Shown here one piece after another: positions 48,006 through 57,675 of a DNA stretch of 64,000 bases; the first letter of the stretch is position 1, and each line of letters starts with the position of its first letter. The translations under genes and the position numbers were made by a program. Where the stretch lies: contig JBBILD010000017.1 of the NCBI GenBank assembly GCA_037445065.1, positions 15,419 through 79,418 on the forward strand, in the 5' to 3' direction. The notes below the pieces were generated by a model. It saw only the letters and a program-made list of their open reading frames with translations, was not told where the DNA came from and searched no databases. The DNA comes from Myxococcales bacterium (GTDB lineage Bacteria > Desulfobacterota > Binatia > HRBIN30).

Positions 48006-49136
48006 TCACGCCGCGCAGCCGACCGCTTCGCGCAGATGGCGAAAGCCGTCTCGCTCAAGTAAAGCCACCAATTCTTCACAGATGCGCGCGGCCAGCGCCG
48101 GACCCTCGAACACGAGGCCGGTGTAGACCTGCAGCAAAGACGCGCCGGCGCGGATTTTTTCGTAGGCGTCTCGAGCGTTGAGGATTCCACCAACCCCGAT
48201 GATCGGGAGCGTCCCCCGGGTGAACTGGTAGAGCTTGCGCACGACTTCCGTGGCCCGGGTTCGCAGGGGTGCACCGCTCAAACCGCCTTCCAGCGGCGGC
48301 GGTTGGGCTAGGGCACGCAAGTCGGTGGTGGTGTTGGTTGCCACCAAGCCGGCGAGCTGCATTTCCTGCCCGAGGGCCGCCACTTCTTCGAGCGCGGCGT
48401 CGTCGAGGTCAGGGGCAACCTTGACCAACAGGGGCCGCGGCTCGCTACCGCTGCGCTCGGCCCAGGCGCGGTTTTCTGCTTGCAGCCGGCGCAGCAGAGG
48501 TTCGAGTTGTGCTCGCGCTTGCAAGGCGCGCAGCCCAGGCGTGTTCGGCGAGCTCACGTTGACGCAAACGTAATCGGCCCACGGCGCGAGCAGTTGGAAC
48601 GAGCGGGCATAGTCGTCCGGAGCCGCTTCCAAGGGCACAGCGCGCGACTTTCCGATGTTGATGCCGATCGGCACGCTGGGTGCAAGACGCGAGAAGGCCC
48701 GCGCCAGAGTGCGCGCCACCTGCTCCGCGCCCGCGTTGTTGAAGCCCATGCGATTCACGATTGCCTGTTCGGCGGGAAATCGAAACAAGCGCGGAGCTGG
48801 GTTCCCCGGCTGTGGCTCCGCTGTCACCGTACCGAGTTCGGCAAAGCCGAAACCGAGTAGCGGCCAGACGTGGGGGGCGCGCGCGTCTTTGTCAAGTCCC
48901 GCCGCCACCCCCACTGGGTTCGAAAAACGGAGGCCGAATAGGCGACACTCGAACGCGGGGTGAGAAAAGGGGCGGGGTGCGTAGCGAACCCGGCAGAGCA
49001 GTTCCTCGATGGACGCCAGAGCTGCGAGCGTGCAGTCGTGCGCGCTTTCCGCGTCCAGGTGAAAAAGGGCAGGGCGTAAGAGCCGGTAGGCAATTCCTAG
49101 GAAGTGGGGAAGAATCGTGTTGCTCGCCGCAAACAT
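48006..49136 (-). CDS. pyrD: Quinone-dependent dihydroorotate dehydrogenase
   Basis: AAGLDK, GTVT, NRMGFNN, NVSSPNTPGLR, KVAPD and GGLSG motifs; start uncertain. Confidence 0.95.
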   Translation of the reverse strand: MFAASNTILPHFLGIAYRLLRPALFHLDAESAHDCTLAALASIEELLCRVRYAPRPFSHPAFECRLFGLRFSNPVGVAAGLDKDARAPHVWPLLGFGFAELGTVTAEPQPGNPAPRLFRFPAEQAIVNRMGFNNAGAEQVARTLARAFSRLAPSVPIGINIGKSRAVPLEAAPDDYARSFQLLAPWADYVCVNVSSPNTPGLRALQARAQLEPLLRRLQAENRAWAERSGSEPRPLLVKVAPDLDDAALEEVAALGQEMQLAGLVATNTTTDLRALAQPPPLEGGLSGAPLRTRATEVVRKLYQFTRGTLPIIGVGGILNARDAYEKIRAGASLLQVYTGLVFEGPALAARICEELVALLERDGFRHLREAVGCAA

Positions 49137-49655
49137 TCCGGAGTTTGCTAGCGAGCCTGTGGGTAAAATGCAGCCGGCAGGGAGCGGCCTTCCCCCGCTC
49201 CGCGCTGGCTGCACCACGGCCAGAGGCTCTGCCGGTGGCCGACGCTCATCGGCTTGCTGCGCCCCCGTTCCTTCGCGGGCCGCGCAAGCCGGGCAGCGGA
49301 GCGCGCAGAACACCCCCTGTCGGTCAGGGCCGCTGCGCCCTCGCAGCGCAGGAGCACTGGTGCCAGCGCAGTCCCCGCACGGTGTCCTACCGCCTCCGCC
49401 GGCATCGCAAGTCCCGATGCCTCTTGGCTCGACGCGGTGGTGTCGCGACGCAAGGCCCGCCCGGACCGCGGTCGCGGGTAGGAACCTTCGGATGCCCCAG
49501 GTAATGTCGGAGAGTCCGTGGGCGACGCTGGTCAACACACGGAACCCGATCGAGCGGGGGCGACACAGGTAGGCGCTTGTTCTCGCTTTGCGTTCTGGCG
49601 GATGCGTTGCAGCACGCGCGCAACGCGGGTAACCAGCGAAGGCGAGGAGGCGACC

Positions 49656-50690
49656 ATGCGTTGCGGTTACTGCGAAGCCCCGCACCAGATCGTGCTGCGG
49701 GAACAGCCCAAGCCGGAGCCCGGGCCGGGCGAAGTGGTGTTGCGAGTGCGGAATTGCGGTGTGTGCGGGAGCGACCTGCACTTTTACACAGGCCACTTTC
49801 CACCCCCTCCCGTCTGTCCCGGGCACGAGATTAGCGGCGAGGTGGCGGCGGTGGGTAAGGATGTGACGGCGTGGAGAGAGGGCGACGCGGTGGTGGTGGA
49901 ACCCTTGCTGGTGTGCCGCGAGTGCGGCTTTTGCCGTACGGGCAACTACCAGTTGTGCCCGCAGTTACGCTTGCTCGGCACCATGGCCGACGGCGGCTTT
50001 GCCGATTTTCTCCGCGTTCCGGCGTATACCCTGTACGCGGTTCCGCGCGGGTTGGACTTCGCCGTGGCCGCCCTTGCCGAGCCGTTGGCGGTCACGATTC
50101 ACGGGTTACGGTTGGCACGCCTACGCGCAGGGGACCGCGTGTTGGTGCTCGGAGCCGGCACGATCGGGCTGCTTTCGGTGGCAGCGGCCGCTGCTGGAGG
50201 GGCTGGCGAAGTGTGGGTGACGGCTCGTTACCCGCACCAGGCGGAAATGGCCAAACGGCTCGGCGCAAGCCGAGTGTTCTTGGGCGGCGACGGGGAACTC
50301 GAGTTGGACGCGGCTGCCCAAGAGCTGCCGCCGGACATCGTGGTCGAAACGGTCGGGGGCACGGCCGACACGCTGTCGCTCGCAGTGCAGTCGGTGCGCC
50401 GCGGAGGAGTTGTGGTGGTCTTGGGTGTGTTCAGCCAGCAGCCGGCGCTGAATCCGATCCTGTTGATCGTGAAAGAGGTACGGATCATCGGTTCGATGAC
50501 CTACGGCCGGACCATGGCGCGCGCCGACTTCGAGATCGCGCTCGCTCTGTTGGCCCGGCAGCCGGAACAGTTCCGGTCTCTGATCACGCACCGCTTCGAG
50601 TTGGCAGAGTTGGCTCGAGCGTTCGCTACCGCTGCAGACAAGCGTTCAGGCGCCATCAAAGTGAGTGTGGAAGTGGCAGAACCTCGGTAG
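49656..50690 (+). CDS. Zinc-dependent medium-chain (threonine/sorbitol-type) dehydrogenase
   Basis: CGSDLH, GHE, CRECGFC...C and GAGTIG motifs; RBS AGGAGG. Confidence 0.92.
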   Translation: MRCGYCEAPHQIVLREQPKPEPGPGEVVLRVRNCGVCGSDLHFYTGHFPPPPVCPGHEISGEVAAVGKDVTAWREGDAVVVEPLLVCRECGFCRTGNYQLCPQLRLLGTMADGGFADFLRVPAYTLYAVPRGLDFAVAALAEPLAVTIHGLRLARLRAGDRVLVLGAGTIGLLSVAAAAAGGAGEVWVTARYPHQAEMAKRLGASRVFLGGDGELELDAAAQELPPDIVVETVGGTADTLSLAVQSVRRGGVVVVLGVFSQQPALNPILLIVKEVRIIGSMTYGRTMARADFEIALALLARQPEQFRSLITHRFELAELARAFATAADKRSGAIKVSVEVAEPR

Positions 50691-50692
50691 GT

Positions 50693-51352
50693 TCAGCTCG
50701 GTTTGCGTGCCGCCAAGAACAGCTGCTTCCCAAAGCACCACTGTAGGGGCGGCAAAGAGAGGTACAGGTGCAACAGCCAGGCGGGCTGGGGCAAGCGGCT
50801 CACGGTGGTGAAGGGAAGGAAGCGGGCCTTGAGGGTCACGATTTCCAAGCCTTGCGCCTCCACCGCTTCGCGCAGGCTGCGGTCGCTCAGCGGCACAGAG
50901 TGGTCGAAAAAGTCCCAGTACTCGCGGTAGGCGACGCGGATGTTCGGCTGCAAAACCAGCAGCCGGCCGCCTTCGGCAAGCACCCGTGTGCTTTCCTGCA
51001 GCACCTGCCACACGGTGTCTTTGTTCGGCAAGTGCTCGAGGAAGTTGCTGCAAAAAACCACGTCCACGGTGCGGTCGCCGATTTGTTGCAAGATGCGCAG
51101 GATGTCACCGACGATCACGTGGATCTCCGGATCGGCAAAATTGCGCACGGCTGGGTTCGCATCGATTGCGACCTTGCGCGCGCAGCGAATGTGGCGCAGG
51201 AACTCGCAAGCGCCAGCGCCGAGGTCCACGACGGTGTCTTCCGCGCGCACGTAGCGCTGTAACACCCTGCGGCACAGCACCGCCCACAAGCGGCTGCGCT
51301 GTGCCGCGCGGGAAGGGGGAAAACGGCGTGCATACAGTGCTTGCGTGTTCAT
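50693..51352 (-). CDS. Class I SAM-dependent methyltransferase
   Basis: DLGAG, FCSNFLEH and YWDFFDH motifs. Confidence 0.88.
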   Translation of the reverse strand: MNTQALYARRFPPSRAAQRSRLWAVLCRRVLQRYVRAEDTVVDLGAGACEFLRHIRCARKVAIDANPAVRNFADPEIHVIVGDILRILQQIGDRTVDVVFCSNFLEHLPNKDTVWQVLQESTRVLAEGGRLLVLQPNIRVAYREYWDFFDHSVPLSDRSLREAVEAQGLEIVTLKARFLPFTTVSRLPQPAWLLHLYLSLPPLQWCFGKQLFLAARKPS

Positions 51353-51440
51353 TCTCTGCGCTTCCTATGCGAGCACGCGGGCGATGAGCGTGCTCGCCGG
51401 TACTTACGAAGGAACCCGGTACTGGCACAAGAGCGCGGCA

Positions 51441-52739
51441 TCAGAGGAGCTGGATTTCCTCGGCCACGCGGCGCGCCAAGCCGAACATTCCACTGATCGT
51501 GCGGTCGGAAGGGTAGAGTTGGGTGGAGTCGGTGAGGAACAGCCCACGCACGGGTGCCCGTAGCGGGGGTACCTTCTGCGAGAAGTTACGCGTGCACACG
51601 GCCTGAGCAAAGCGGTCGCGGAAAACGCTGGCAGCCACGACCTGCGCGGGATCGAAGGTGGGCCGAATGCGGCGAAAGCCACGCAAGCACTCTTCCACCA
51701 GGCGGTCGTTGGGCCAGCCGTAACGGGTGTCGTCGGGAGGAAGATAAAAGGGCACGTAGACGAGATGGGGCGCGCCGGCGTCCGCTCGAGGGTTGAGATT
51801 GGTGTACTCGACAAACCCATTGAAGGAAATCTCTGGGTCATTGACGTTGACCCAAAACGCGTCCGTCAGTGGCTGGCGCAAGCGAAAGAGAACGCAAGCC
51901 ACGGCCAAATAGCGGATGTTTCGTAAGGGTTCGAGCCAGGCTGCAGGCTCTCCACGGAACAGGCGCAGGAGGACGGGCAGGGGAACGGTGGAGACTACCG
52001 CATCGTACGGGTGAAAGACCCCAGCCACCTGGATCCCCCGCACCTGGCCGTGTTCGACGAGCACTGCCTCGACCGTGGCGCGCACGTGCAAGCCGACGTG
52101 CCGGGCACGCAGCTCTGCCGTCAGCCGCTCGAGCAACACATCGGTGCCGCCGCGCAAGAAGCCGAGCCGCTCCCGCGCCAGCATGTGGGGGCGAGAACGG
52201 GCCAGGCGGTGGATGCGGTGCCACATCCACGCTGCGGTCACTTCGTCAGCGTGCGGCCCGAACTTGATGCGCAAGAGCGGGTCCCAAATCACCTCATAGG
52301 CGCGTGCTCCGAAACGAGCGGCGAGCCACTCCCGCGCCGAGTATGCTTCCAGCCGGCGCCAGCCGCTAGAGGAGCGATACAGCGCCACACTGAGGCCGAA
52401 GCGCAGACGGTCGAGCAGGGACAGGGGCGCAAAGCGCAGGAGATCCCATGGCGTCCCGAACGGATAGAGGTGGCCCCGATAGAAGAAGCGCATCGAGCCT
52501 GGCCGCCACTCGACCTCCTGCGTGAGTCCCAGGCGACCCAGCATATCCAGAAGATCGGTGTCGTCGAGGCAGATGAAATGGTAGTACTTTTCCACCCGCA
52601 AGCCGGCGAACTCGACGGTGCCAGCCAGGCCGCCGAGGGTATCAGCTTGCTCGAACACCTCGACTTGGTGGCCCCGCTCGGCGAGGAAAAACGCGGCTCC
52701 CAGGCCGCCGACCCCACCGCCGATCACACCGACACGCAC
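51441..52739 (-). CDS. FAD-dependent oxidoreductase (amine oxidase/protoporphyrinogen-oxidase-like)
   Basis: IGGGVGGL, LGGLA, EKYYHFI and YPSDR motifs. Confidence 0.88.
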   Translation of the reverse strand: MRVGVIGGGVGGLGAAFFLAERGHQVEVFEQADTLGGLAGTVEFAGLRVEKYYHFICLDDTDLLDMLGRLGLTQEVEWRPGSMRFFYRGHLYPFGTPWDLLRFAPLSLLDRLRFGLSVALYRSSSGWRRLEAYSAREWLAARFGARAYEVIWDPLLRIKFGPHADEVTAAWMWHRIHRLARSRPHMLARERLGFLRGGTDVLLERLTAELRARHVGLHVRATVEAVLVEHGQVRGIQVAGVFHPYDAVVSTVPLPVLLRLFRGEPAAWLEPLRNIRYLAVACVLFRLRQPLTDAFWVNVNDPEISFNGFVEYTNLNPRADAGAPHLVYVPFYLPPDDTRYGWPNDRLVEECLRGFRRIRPTFDPAQVVAASVFRDRFAQAVCTRNFSQKVPPLRAPVRGLFLTDSTQLYPSDRTISGMFGLARRVAEEIQLL

Positions 52740-52757
52740 GTTGGCTGCCTTTCCCCG

Positions 52758-53822
52758 TCAAGGTGCTGCGGCCGGCTCCACCCACTGGGTTCCATACCGG
52801 CTGTTGCGGAGAATGGCGTCCCTGCGCCGCCGGCCGATGCCGAGGACGTAGTACCAAAGGTCGTAGTAGACCGTGGTGAGCCAGCAGCAGAGACGGAAGA
52901 GAGGGGTATCGAAGAACAAGGGGCGCAGCCAGGAACGCTTGCGCAGTACCAGTTCAGCCCACGACACCAGGTTGTGCTGGGCCGGGAGGAAACGCAAATT
53001 GAGCGAGGAAACCTGTTCTCCCCGAACCTCGATCCGTTGCAGGTTGCGGGTCCCGAGACCGGCCGCCTCGCATTCGGCAAGATGACCGATGGCCGCAGGA
53101 TCGAAGCCCATGATGCGCGCAGCGAGGGCGTCGAGGGCGACCGGATCCGGGCTGGCGAGGACGCGGTCCACCACGCGCGGCAGGCCCGACTTGGGACTAT
53201 TCCCCTCCAGGGCCACGGTGGCGTCCATCACCGCGAACGCCGGGCGCGCTACCTGATTGATGTCGGCCAGCGCGGCGTCGAGCACTAGGTGATACTGGTG
53301 GCGGAACATAGGTAAGCAGCCCCACTGGTTTTTGAGGGCACCGGTGATGACGGTCTTGTTGTGGGTTTTCATCACCGGAACGGTGACCAACAGCGCTTCG
53401 CGAAGAAGCCGCGGTACTTCGATCTCGGCCAGCACACGAGGGTTGGGCACGGTGACACGAACCAGAGGCTCGTGTGTCATGTTCACCCACTCCATCTCAT
53501 AGCGTTCGCACAGCGGGCCGAGCCGGCTGTAAGCAAAGGCCTTGTCCACATGTACGACCACTTGGTCCGACTCCACTAGGAACAGTTTGCCGGCCCAGCC
53601 GCGGAGCAGGCGAGCGACCCCTTCGATGACCCAGGGAGAAGTCACGGCCCCGGGCAGAAAGAGATCCCAGCCCAAGTTGGGCTTGATCGCGACCGCCACC
53701 CCGCGGGGAACGTGGAGGCGCCACTCGGCCCGCTCCATGGCCTCTTCCACTGCGTGGAGCACGGCGGAGCGGGCGTCCCCCTGTGGCTCCACCCGCACCA
53801 CGCTGACGACCGCCGGTCGCAT
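52758..53822 (-). CDS. DUF362-like protein
   Basis: IKPNL, PVMKTH...TGALKN.WG and DPVALD motifs. Confidence 0.82.
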   Translation of the reverse strand: MRPAVVSVVRVEPQGDARSAVLHAVEEAMERAEWRLHVPRGVAVAIKPNLGWDLFLPGAVTSPWVIEGVARLLRGWAGKLFLVESDQVVVHVDKAFAYSRLGPLCERYEMEWVNMTHEPLVRVTVPNPRVLAEIEVPRLLREALLVTVPVMKTHNKTVITGALKNQWGCLPMFRHQYHLVLDAALADINQVARPAFAVMDATVALEGNSPKSGLPRVVDRVLASPDPVALDALAARIMGFDPAAIGHLAECEAAGLGTRNLQRIEVRGEQVSSLNLRFLPAQHNLVSWAELVLRKRSWLRPLFFDTPLFRLCCWLTTVYYDLWYYVLGIGRRRRDAILRNSRYGTQWVEPAAAP

Positions 53823-53934
53823 CGGCGCAAACCTATCTGTGGGAACCCTGCCCAGGCAAGCCGGCGCGTCCGTTGCCTTTGCTTCTTGCTTTGGCCATAA
53901 GGCAGCGGACCTCGCACAACGGAGGAGTTTGCTG

Positions 53935-55197
53935 ATGAGCGCGCAGGCACGCAAAGAGGTTTACGAAATCGGCGAAGTACCGCCGCTCGGATACGTCCCC
54001 AAGTACATGTATGCGCAAGTCATTCGCGCCGAACGGTTCGGCCCGCCCACCAAGGCCTTCCAGGTCGAGAAGATCCCAGTGCCGGAACTGAAACCCAACG
54101 AAGTGCTCGTGTACGTGATGGCTGCCGGGATCAATTTCAATAACGTGTGGGCCGCCCTCGGTGTCCCTATTAACGTGATCGCCGCACGGCAGAAGGCCGG
54201 GTACGATTCGAGCGATTTCCACATTGGTGGTAGCGACGCGTCGGGAATCGTGTGGGCGGTCGGAAGCAACGTAAAGAACGTAAAGGTCGGAGATCGGGTC
54301 GTCATTCACTGCGGGCAGTGGGATCCGGATTGTCCAGCCGTCCAGCGCGGCGAAGACCCGATGTTCGATCCGTCGTTCAAAATCTGGGGGTACGAGACGA
54401 ACTGGGGGAGTTTCGCTCAGTTCACCAAGGTGCAAGACCACCAGTGCATGCCCAAGGCCAAGCACTTGACTTGGGAGGAGGCGGCGGCGCCGACCTTGGT
54501 GGGTGCGACCGCGTATCGCATGCTGATGGGCTGGCCGCCCCACACCGTACGCCCGAATGACGTGGTGCTCATTTGGGGAGCTTCCGGTGGACTGGGCTGC
54601 ATGGCCATCCAGATCGTCAAGGCGCAAGGGGGCATCCCGATCGGCGTCGTCGGCGATGACAAGAAAAAAGAATTTTGCATGCGGCTTGGCGCCAAGGGCG
54701 TGATCAACCGCAAGAACTTTTCGCACTGGGGCCAAATGCCGCATTGGACCGACACCGAGGCTTACAACAAGTGGGCGGCGGGTTGCCGTGCCTTCGGCAA
54801 GGCGATTTGGGACATCCTCGGGGAACGCCGCAACCCGCGCATTGTGTTCGAGCATCCGGGTGAGGACACCGTGCCCACTTCCATCTTCGTGTGCGACACT
54901 GGCGGCATGGTGGTGATTTGCGCCGGCACCACCGGCTACAACGCGGTGGTGGACTTGCGTTACCTCTGGATGAGGCAGAAGCGCTTCCAAGGCTCGCATT
55001 TTGCGAACGACGAGCAGTCGTACGCCTTCAACCAACTGGTGGTTGACGGCAAGATAGACCCGTGCTTGGCGGAGACCTACACCTTCGACCAGATTCCCTA
55101 CACCCACCAACTCTTGCACGAAAACAAGGCGCCGGAAGGCAAAATGGTCTGCCTAGTAGGCGCTCCGCGACCCGGTATGAAGGACATCGAGCTGTAA
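53935..55197 (+). CDS. ccr: Crotonyl-CoA carboxylase/reductase
   Basis: [43 protein letters not shown] and [22 protein letters not shown]. Confidence 0.95.
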   Translation: MSAQARKEVYEIGEVPPLGYVPKYMYAQVIRAERFGPPTKAFQVEKIPVPELKPNEVLVYVMAAGINFNNVWAALGVPINVIAARQKAGYDSSDFHIGGSDASGIVWAVGSNVKNVKVGDRVVIHCGQWDPDCPAVQRGEDPMFDPSFKIWGYETNWGSFAQFTKVQDHQCMPKAKHLTWEEAAAPTLVGATAYRMLMGWPPHTVRPNDVVLIWGASGGLGCMAIQIVKAQGGIPIGVVGDDKKKEFCMRLGAKGVINRKNFSHWGQMPHWTDTEAYNKWAAGCRAFGKAIWDILGERRNPRIVFEHPGEDTVPTSIFVCDTGGMVVICAGTTGYNAVVDLRYLWMRQKRFQGSHFANDEQSYAFNQLVVDGKIDPCLAETYTFDQIPYTHQLLHENKAPEGKMVCLVGAPRPGMKDIEL

Positions 55198-55468
55198 GCT
55201 GGCGCCAACCGTAGCGTGCACGAGCCGCCGGCCCTCAGCGGCTAGCATGCGCTTTCGCGGCAGCGGCGACGTGTAGGGCACACACTGCGGCCATGCCCCG
55301 CCAAGCGGGGGCGTGCCGATTCCGCCGCGCGGGGGCCGGGTGCGGCCGGCCTGGCGGCCGCCACCCACGCACGGGGCCTGCGGAGGCCGAGGAGCGCGCC
55401 GCGCTGGCAAGCCGCTGCCCTTAGCGGAGTGCGGGCGCCTACGCACCGGCAAGCACTTCCACCATCCG

Positions 55469-56722
55469 TCAAGAGCCGTAGGCGCGGCTGACAAACCAAA
55501 ACACCCCGAGTGCGAGAACGGCTGCGGAGCTGCTCTCCACCACGGTGCCGTACCAAGAGGGGCTGCGGCGGGCGAGCGCACGCAGGAGCGGCCAAATGGC
55601 AAGGACCACTGCCATTTGGCCGAGTTCGACCCCCAAGTTGAACGCACCGAGGGCTAAGGCCAAGCGCTCGCTCGGCATGCCCACTTCCGCAAGCGCGCTC
55701 GCAAAGCCAAAGCCGTGGATCAAGCCGAACAAAAAGGCGATGCCCCAGCGCGAGCTGGCGTACGCCGCGCCGCACCGCAAGCTCGTGAAATGGCAGGCAA
55801 GGAAGAGCCAGGTGCCGGCGAACACGGTCGCCGGGATCCGCCCGATTCCAGCGAGCGCCGCAGCGGCCCCAGCGGCGAGCAGGATGAGAACCCACCACGG
55901 CCCGCTCCAACGCGGGCCGGCACGGAGCCACAAGTTTTCGATGGCGACCAACGCGATGGACAGTCCGATCAGCGCCTCAGTGGATGGGAGATGAGGGCGG
56001 ACCAGACCCAGGGTTGCCAGCGTCAGGGTGATGCTGTGGGCAGCGGTGAAGCCGGTAATCGCCTTGGCCAAGGGTACGAGGGCGAAGGCGGGCAACACCA
56101 AGGCGATCACGAAAGCCAAGTGGTCATAACCGCTCCAGATGTGCTCGATCCCGAGCCACACGTAACCTGCAGCCGAGCTGGGTGGCTGATGCTCGGCGGT
56201 GGTTGCTGGGGCGAGCGACCAGGAGCGCTCATGCGCATGGAACACTTTTTCGAGTTCGCGACCGTGCAAAGTGCGCACGCGGGCAAAGTGCAGGTGCGAT
56301 CCTACGATGTCGAACAGGATATCGCAGCGGATCCGCAAATCTTCCGTGCCCGGGCAGCGCACTTCCCACTCGTACGCCACGCGCCCGGGCCCGGGATGGA
56401 CCGGCCGTACGGTTGGTAGCGCTTCGCAAGTGCCCGCGGCCGAGTGAAGGGTGAGAGCGGCGGTGAGGTAGCGTGCCGCCTCGGCGTCGCGCTCTGCCGG
56501 GGCGAGAACTCCCCAGGGGAAGTGGGTGAGGTCGAGTTCGGCAAGGCGCACCCGCACGCGCGCTCCTTGCTCGGTAAGCTGCCAAAAGGAGTAAGACTGC
56601 GTGCGGTCGTGCGCCTCGGCCGGCACTACGAGCAGGCACAGGAACACGCTAGCGGCAAGGAGGACGAAAAGCGGCTTGCGCGAGCGCGGAGCGGACGCTC
56701 CGCTTTGCTGCCGTCTGCTCAT
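55469..56722 (-). CDS. HupE/UreJ-family protein with an N-terminal exported domain
   Basis: Signal peptide then HD; GIEHIWSGYDHLAF, FTAAHSITL, FGLIHGFGFA and FNLGVELGQ. Confidence 0.9.
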   Translation of the reverse strand: MSRRQQSGASAPRSRKPLFVLLAASVFLCLLVVPAEAHDRTQSYSFWQLTEQGARVRVRLAELDLTHFPWGVLAPAERDAEAARYLTAALTLHSAAGTCEALPTVRPVHPGPGRVAYEWEVRCPGTEDLRIRCDILFDIVGSHLHFARVRTLHGRELEKVFHAHERSWSLAPATTAEHQPPSSAAGYVWLGIEHIWSGYDHLAFVIALVLPAFALVPLAKAITGFTAAHSITLTLATLGLVRPHLPSTEALIGLSIALVAIENLWLRAGPRWSGPWWVLILLAAGAAAALAGIGRIPATVFAGTWLFLACHFTSLRCGAAYASSRWGIAFLFGLIHGFGFASALAEVGMPSERLALALGAFNLGVELGQMAVVLAIWPLLRALARRSPSWYGTVVESSSAAVLALGVFWFVSRAYGS

Positions 56723-57675
56723 GGCGCGGCGAGTACCTTTGGGTCCACAACGATCGTGGCCCTTGCGCGTAGCTCGTCGAGGTAGGTGCGGAGGGCTTGT
56801 TCGGAGGCACGCCTGCGGAATTCCGCCAGCACCTGCGGCCGGATTCCCTCGAGCGGTGGAGGCGGGTCTGCCACTCGCTCCACGACTTGCAGCACGTGGT
56901 AGCCGCGCGTTGAACGTACGGGTGCACTCACCGCACCGACGGGCAGCTCGAGTGCCGTGCGTAACGGGGTCGGCCCGAGGTAGTCCGCCAGTTTGGTTGG
57001 CGGCAGCAAATCGTCGGGCAGAGCCGGGAGTTCGGGGTCCCCCAGTTCGCGCTTTACGGCCGCGAAGTCTTCTCCGGCGCGCAGGCGCTCGTAGGCTCGC
57101 TGCGCCCGTTGCGCGGCGTTCGTGTTTTCGCTGTCGCTCTCGGCGCGGATCCAAATTTGCCGCACCCGCAGCCGCTCCTGCCCTTGAAACCAAGCTTTTT
57201 CCGCCTCGTAAAAACGGCGGAGTTCGGTTTCCGTCGGCTCGGCTTGGTCGCCAGCAGCAGCGGCCGATTCGAGCACCGCACTGACCAGCGCTCGCCGCGC
57301 CCGCGGATCGGTGCGCGCCAAGTCGAGTTCGAGCGCGCGCTGCAGGAGCAACGTTTCGTCAATGAGGCGATCGAGAGCAAGCTTGCGATCCTCAGCGGCC
57401 AGCGGCGCGCGCCGATCGCGCGCCAGTGCCTCGAGGGTGCGCTCGTATTCCTGCTGCGGAATCCAGTCGCCGTTGACCCGCGCGACCACTCCGGCCGGCA
57501 GGCGGGAACGGGGGAGGTCGGTGCGCACCAACCCGGCCAGTGCCAGACTGACCCCCGCCAGGCTGCCGAGCGCAAGGAACCAACTGGCGCGTTGGCTTGG
57601 CGATGGCGCGGCCTCCTTCAACTCGCTGGGCGAACGTAAATCGGGCTCGACCACGCGCGTTCCTGATTCGGCCAT
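56719..57675 (-). CDS. PpiC/SurA-like peptidyl-prolyl isomerase domain protein
   Basis: TM anchor; VARVNG, LIDETLLLQRA, GEDF and SAPVRSTRGYHVL motifs. Confidence 0.85.
   Translation of the reverse strand: MAESGTRVVEPDLRSPSELKEAAPSPSQRASWFLALGSLAGVSLALAGLVRTDLPRSRLPAGVVARVNGDWIPQQEYERTLEALARDRRAPLAAEDRKLALDRLIDETLLLQRALELDLARTDPRARRALVSAVLESAAAAGDQAEPTETELRRFYEAEKAWFQGQERLRVRQIWIRAESDSENTNAAQRAQRAYERLRAGEDFAAVKRELGDPELPALPDDLLPPTKLADYLGPTPLRTALELPVGAVSAPVRSTRGYHVLQVVERVADPPPPLEGIRPQVLAEFRRRASEQALRTYLDELRARATIVVDPKVLAAP

Noticed and set aside
49260..49540. Possible GNAT acetyltransferase remnant on the minus strand (VATPP / RGIGT / VLLRC fragments)
   Set aside because: Needs two frameshifts within a short stretch; too weak without blastx.
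51441..52739. hemY/hemG call
   Set aside because: Only the generic FAD-binding fold is shared, and no heme-pathway genes are adjacent.
53833..55119. 428-aa antisense ORF over ccr (also 24014-25303, 52011-53288, 58683-60281 and similar)
   Set aside because: Antisense shadows of well-supported genes, with no recognisable motifs.
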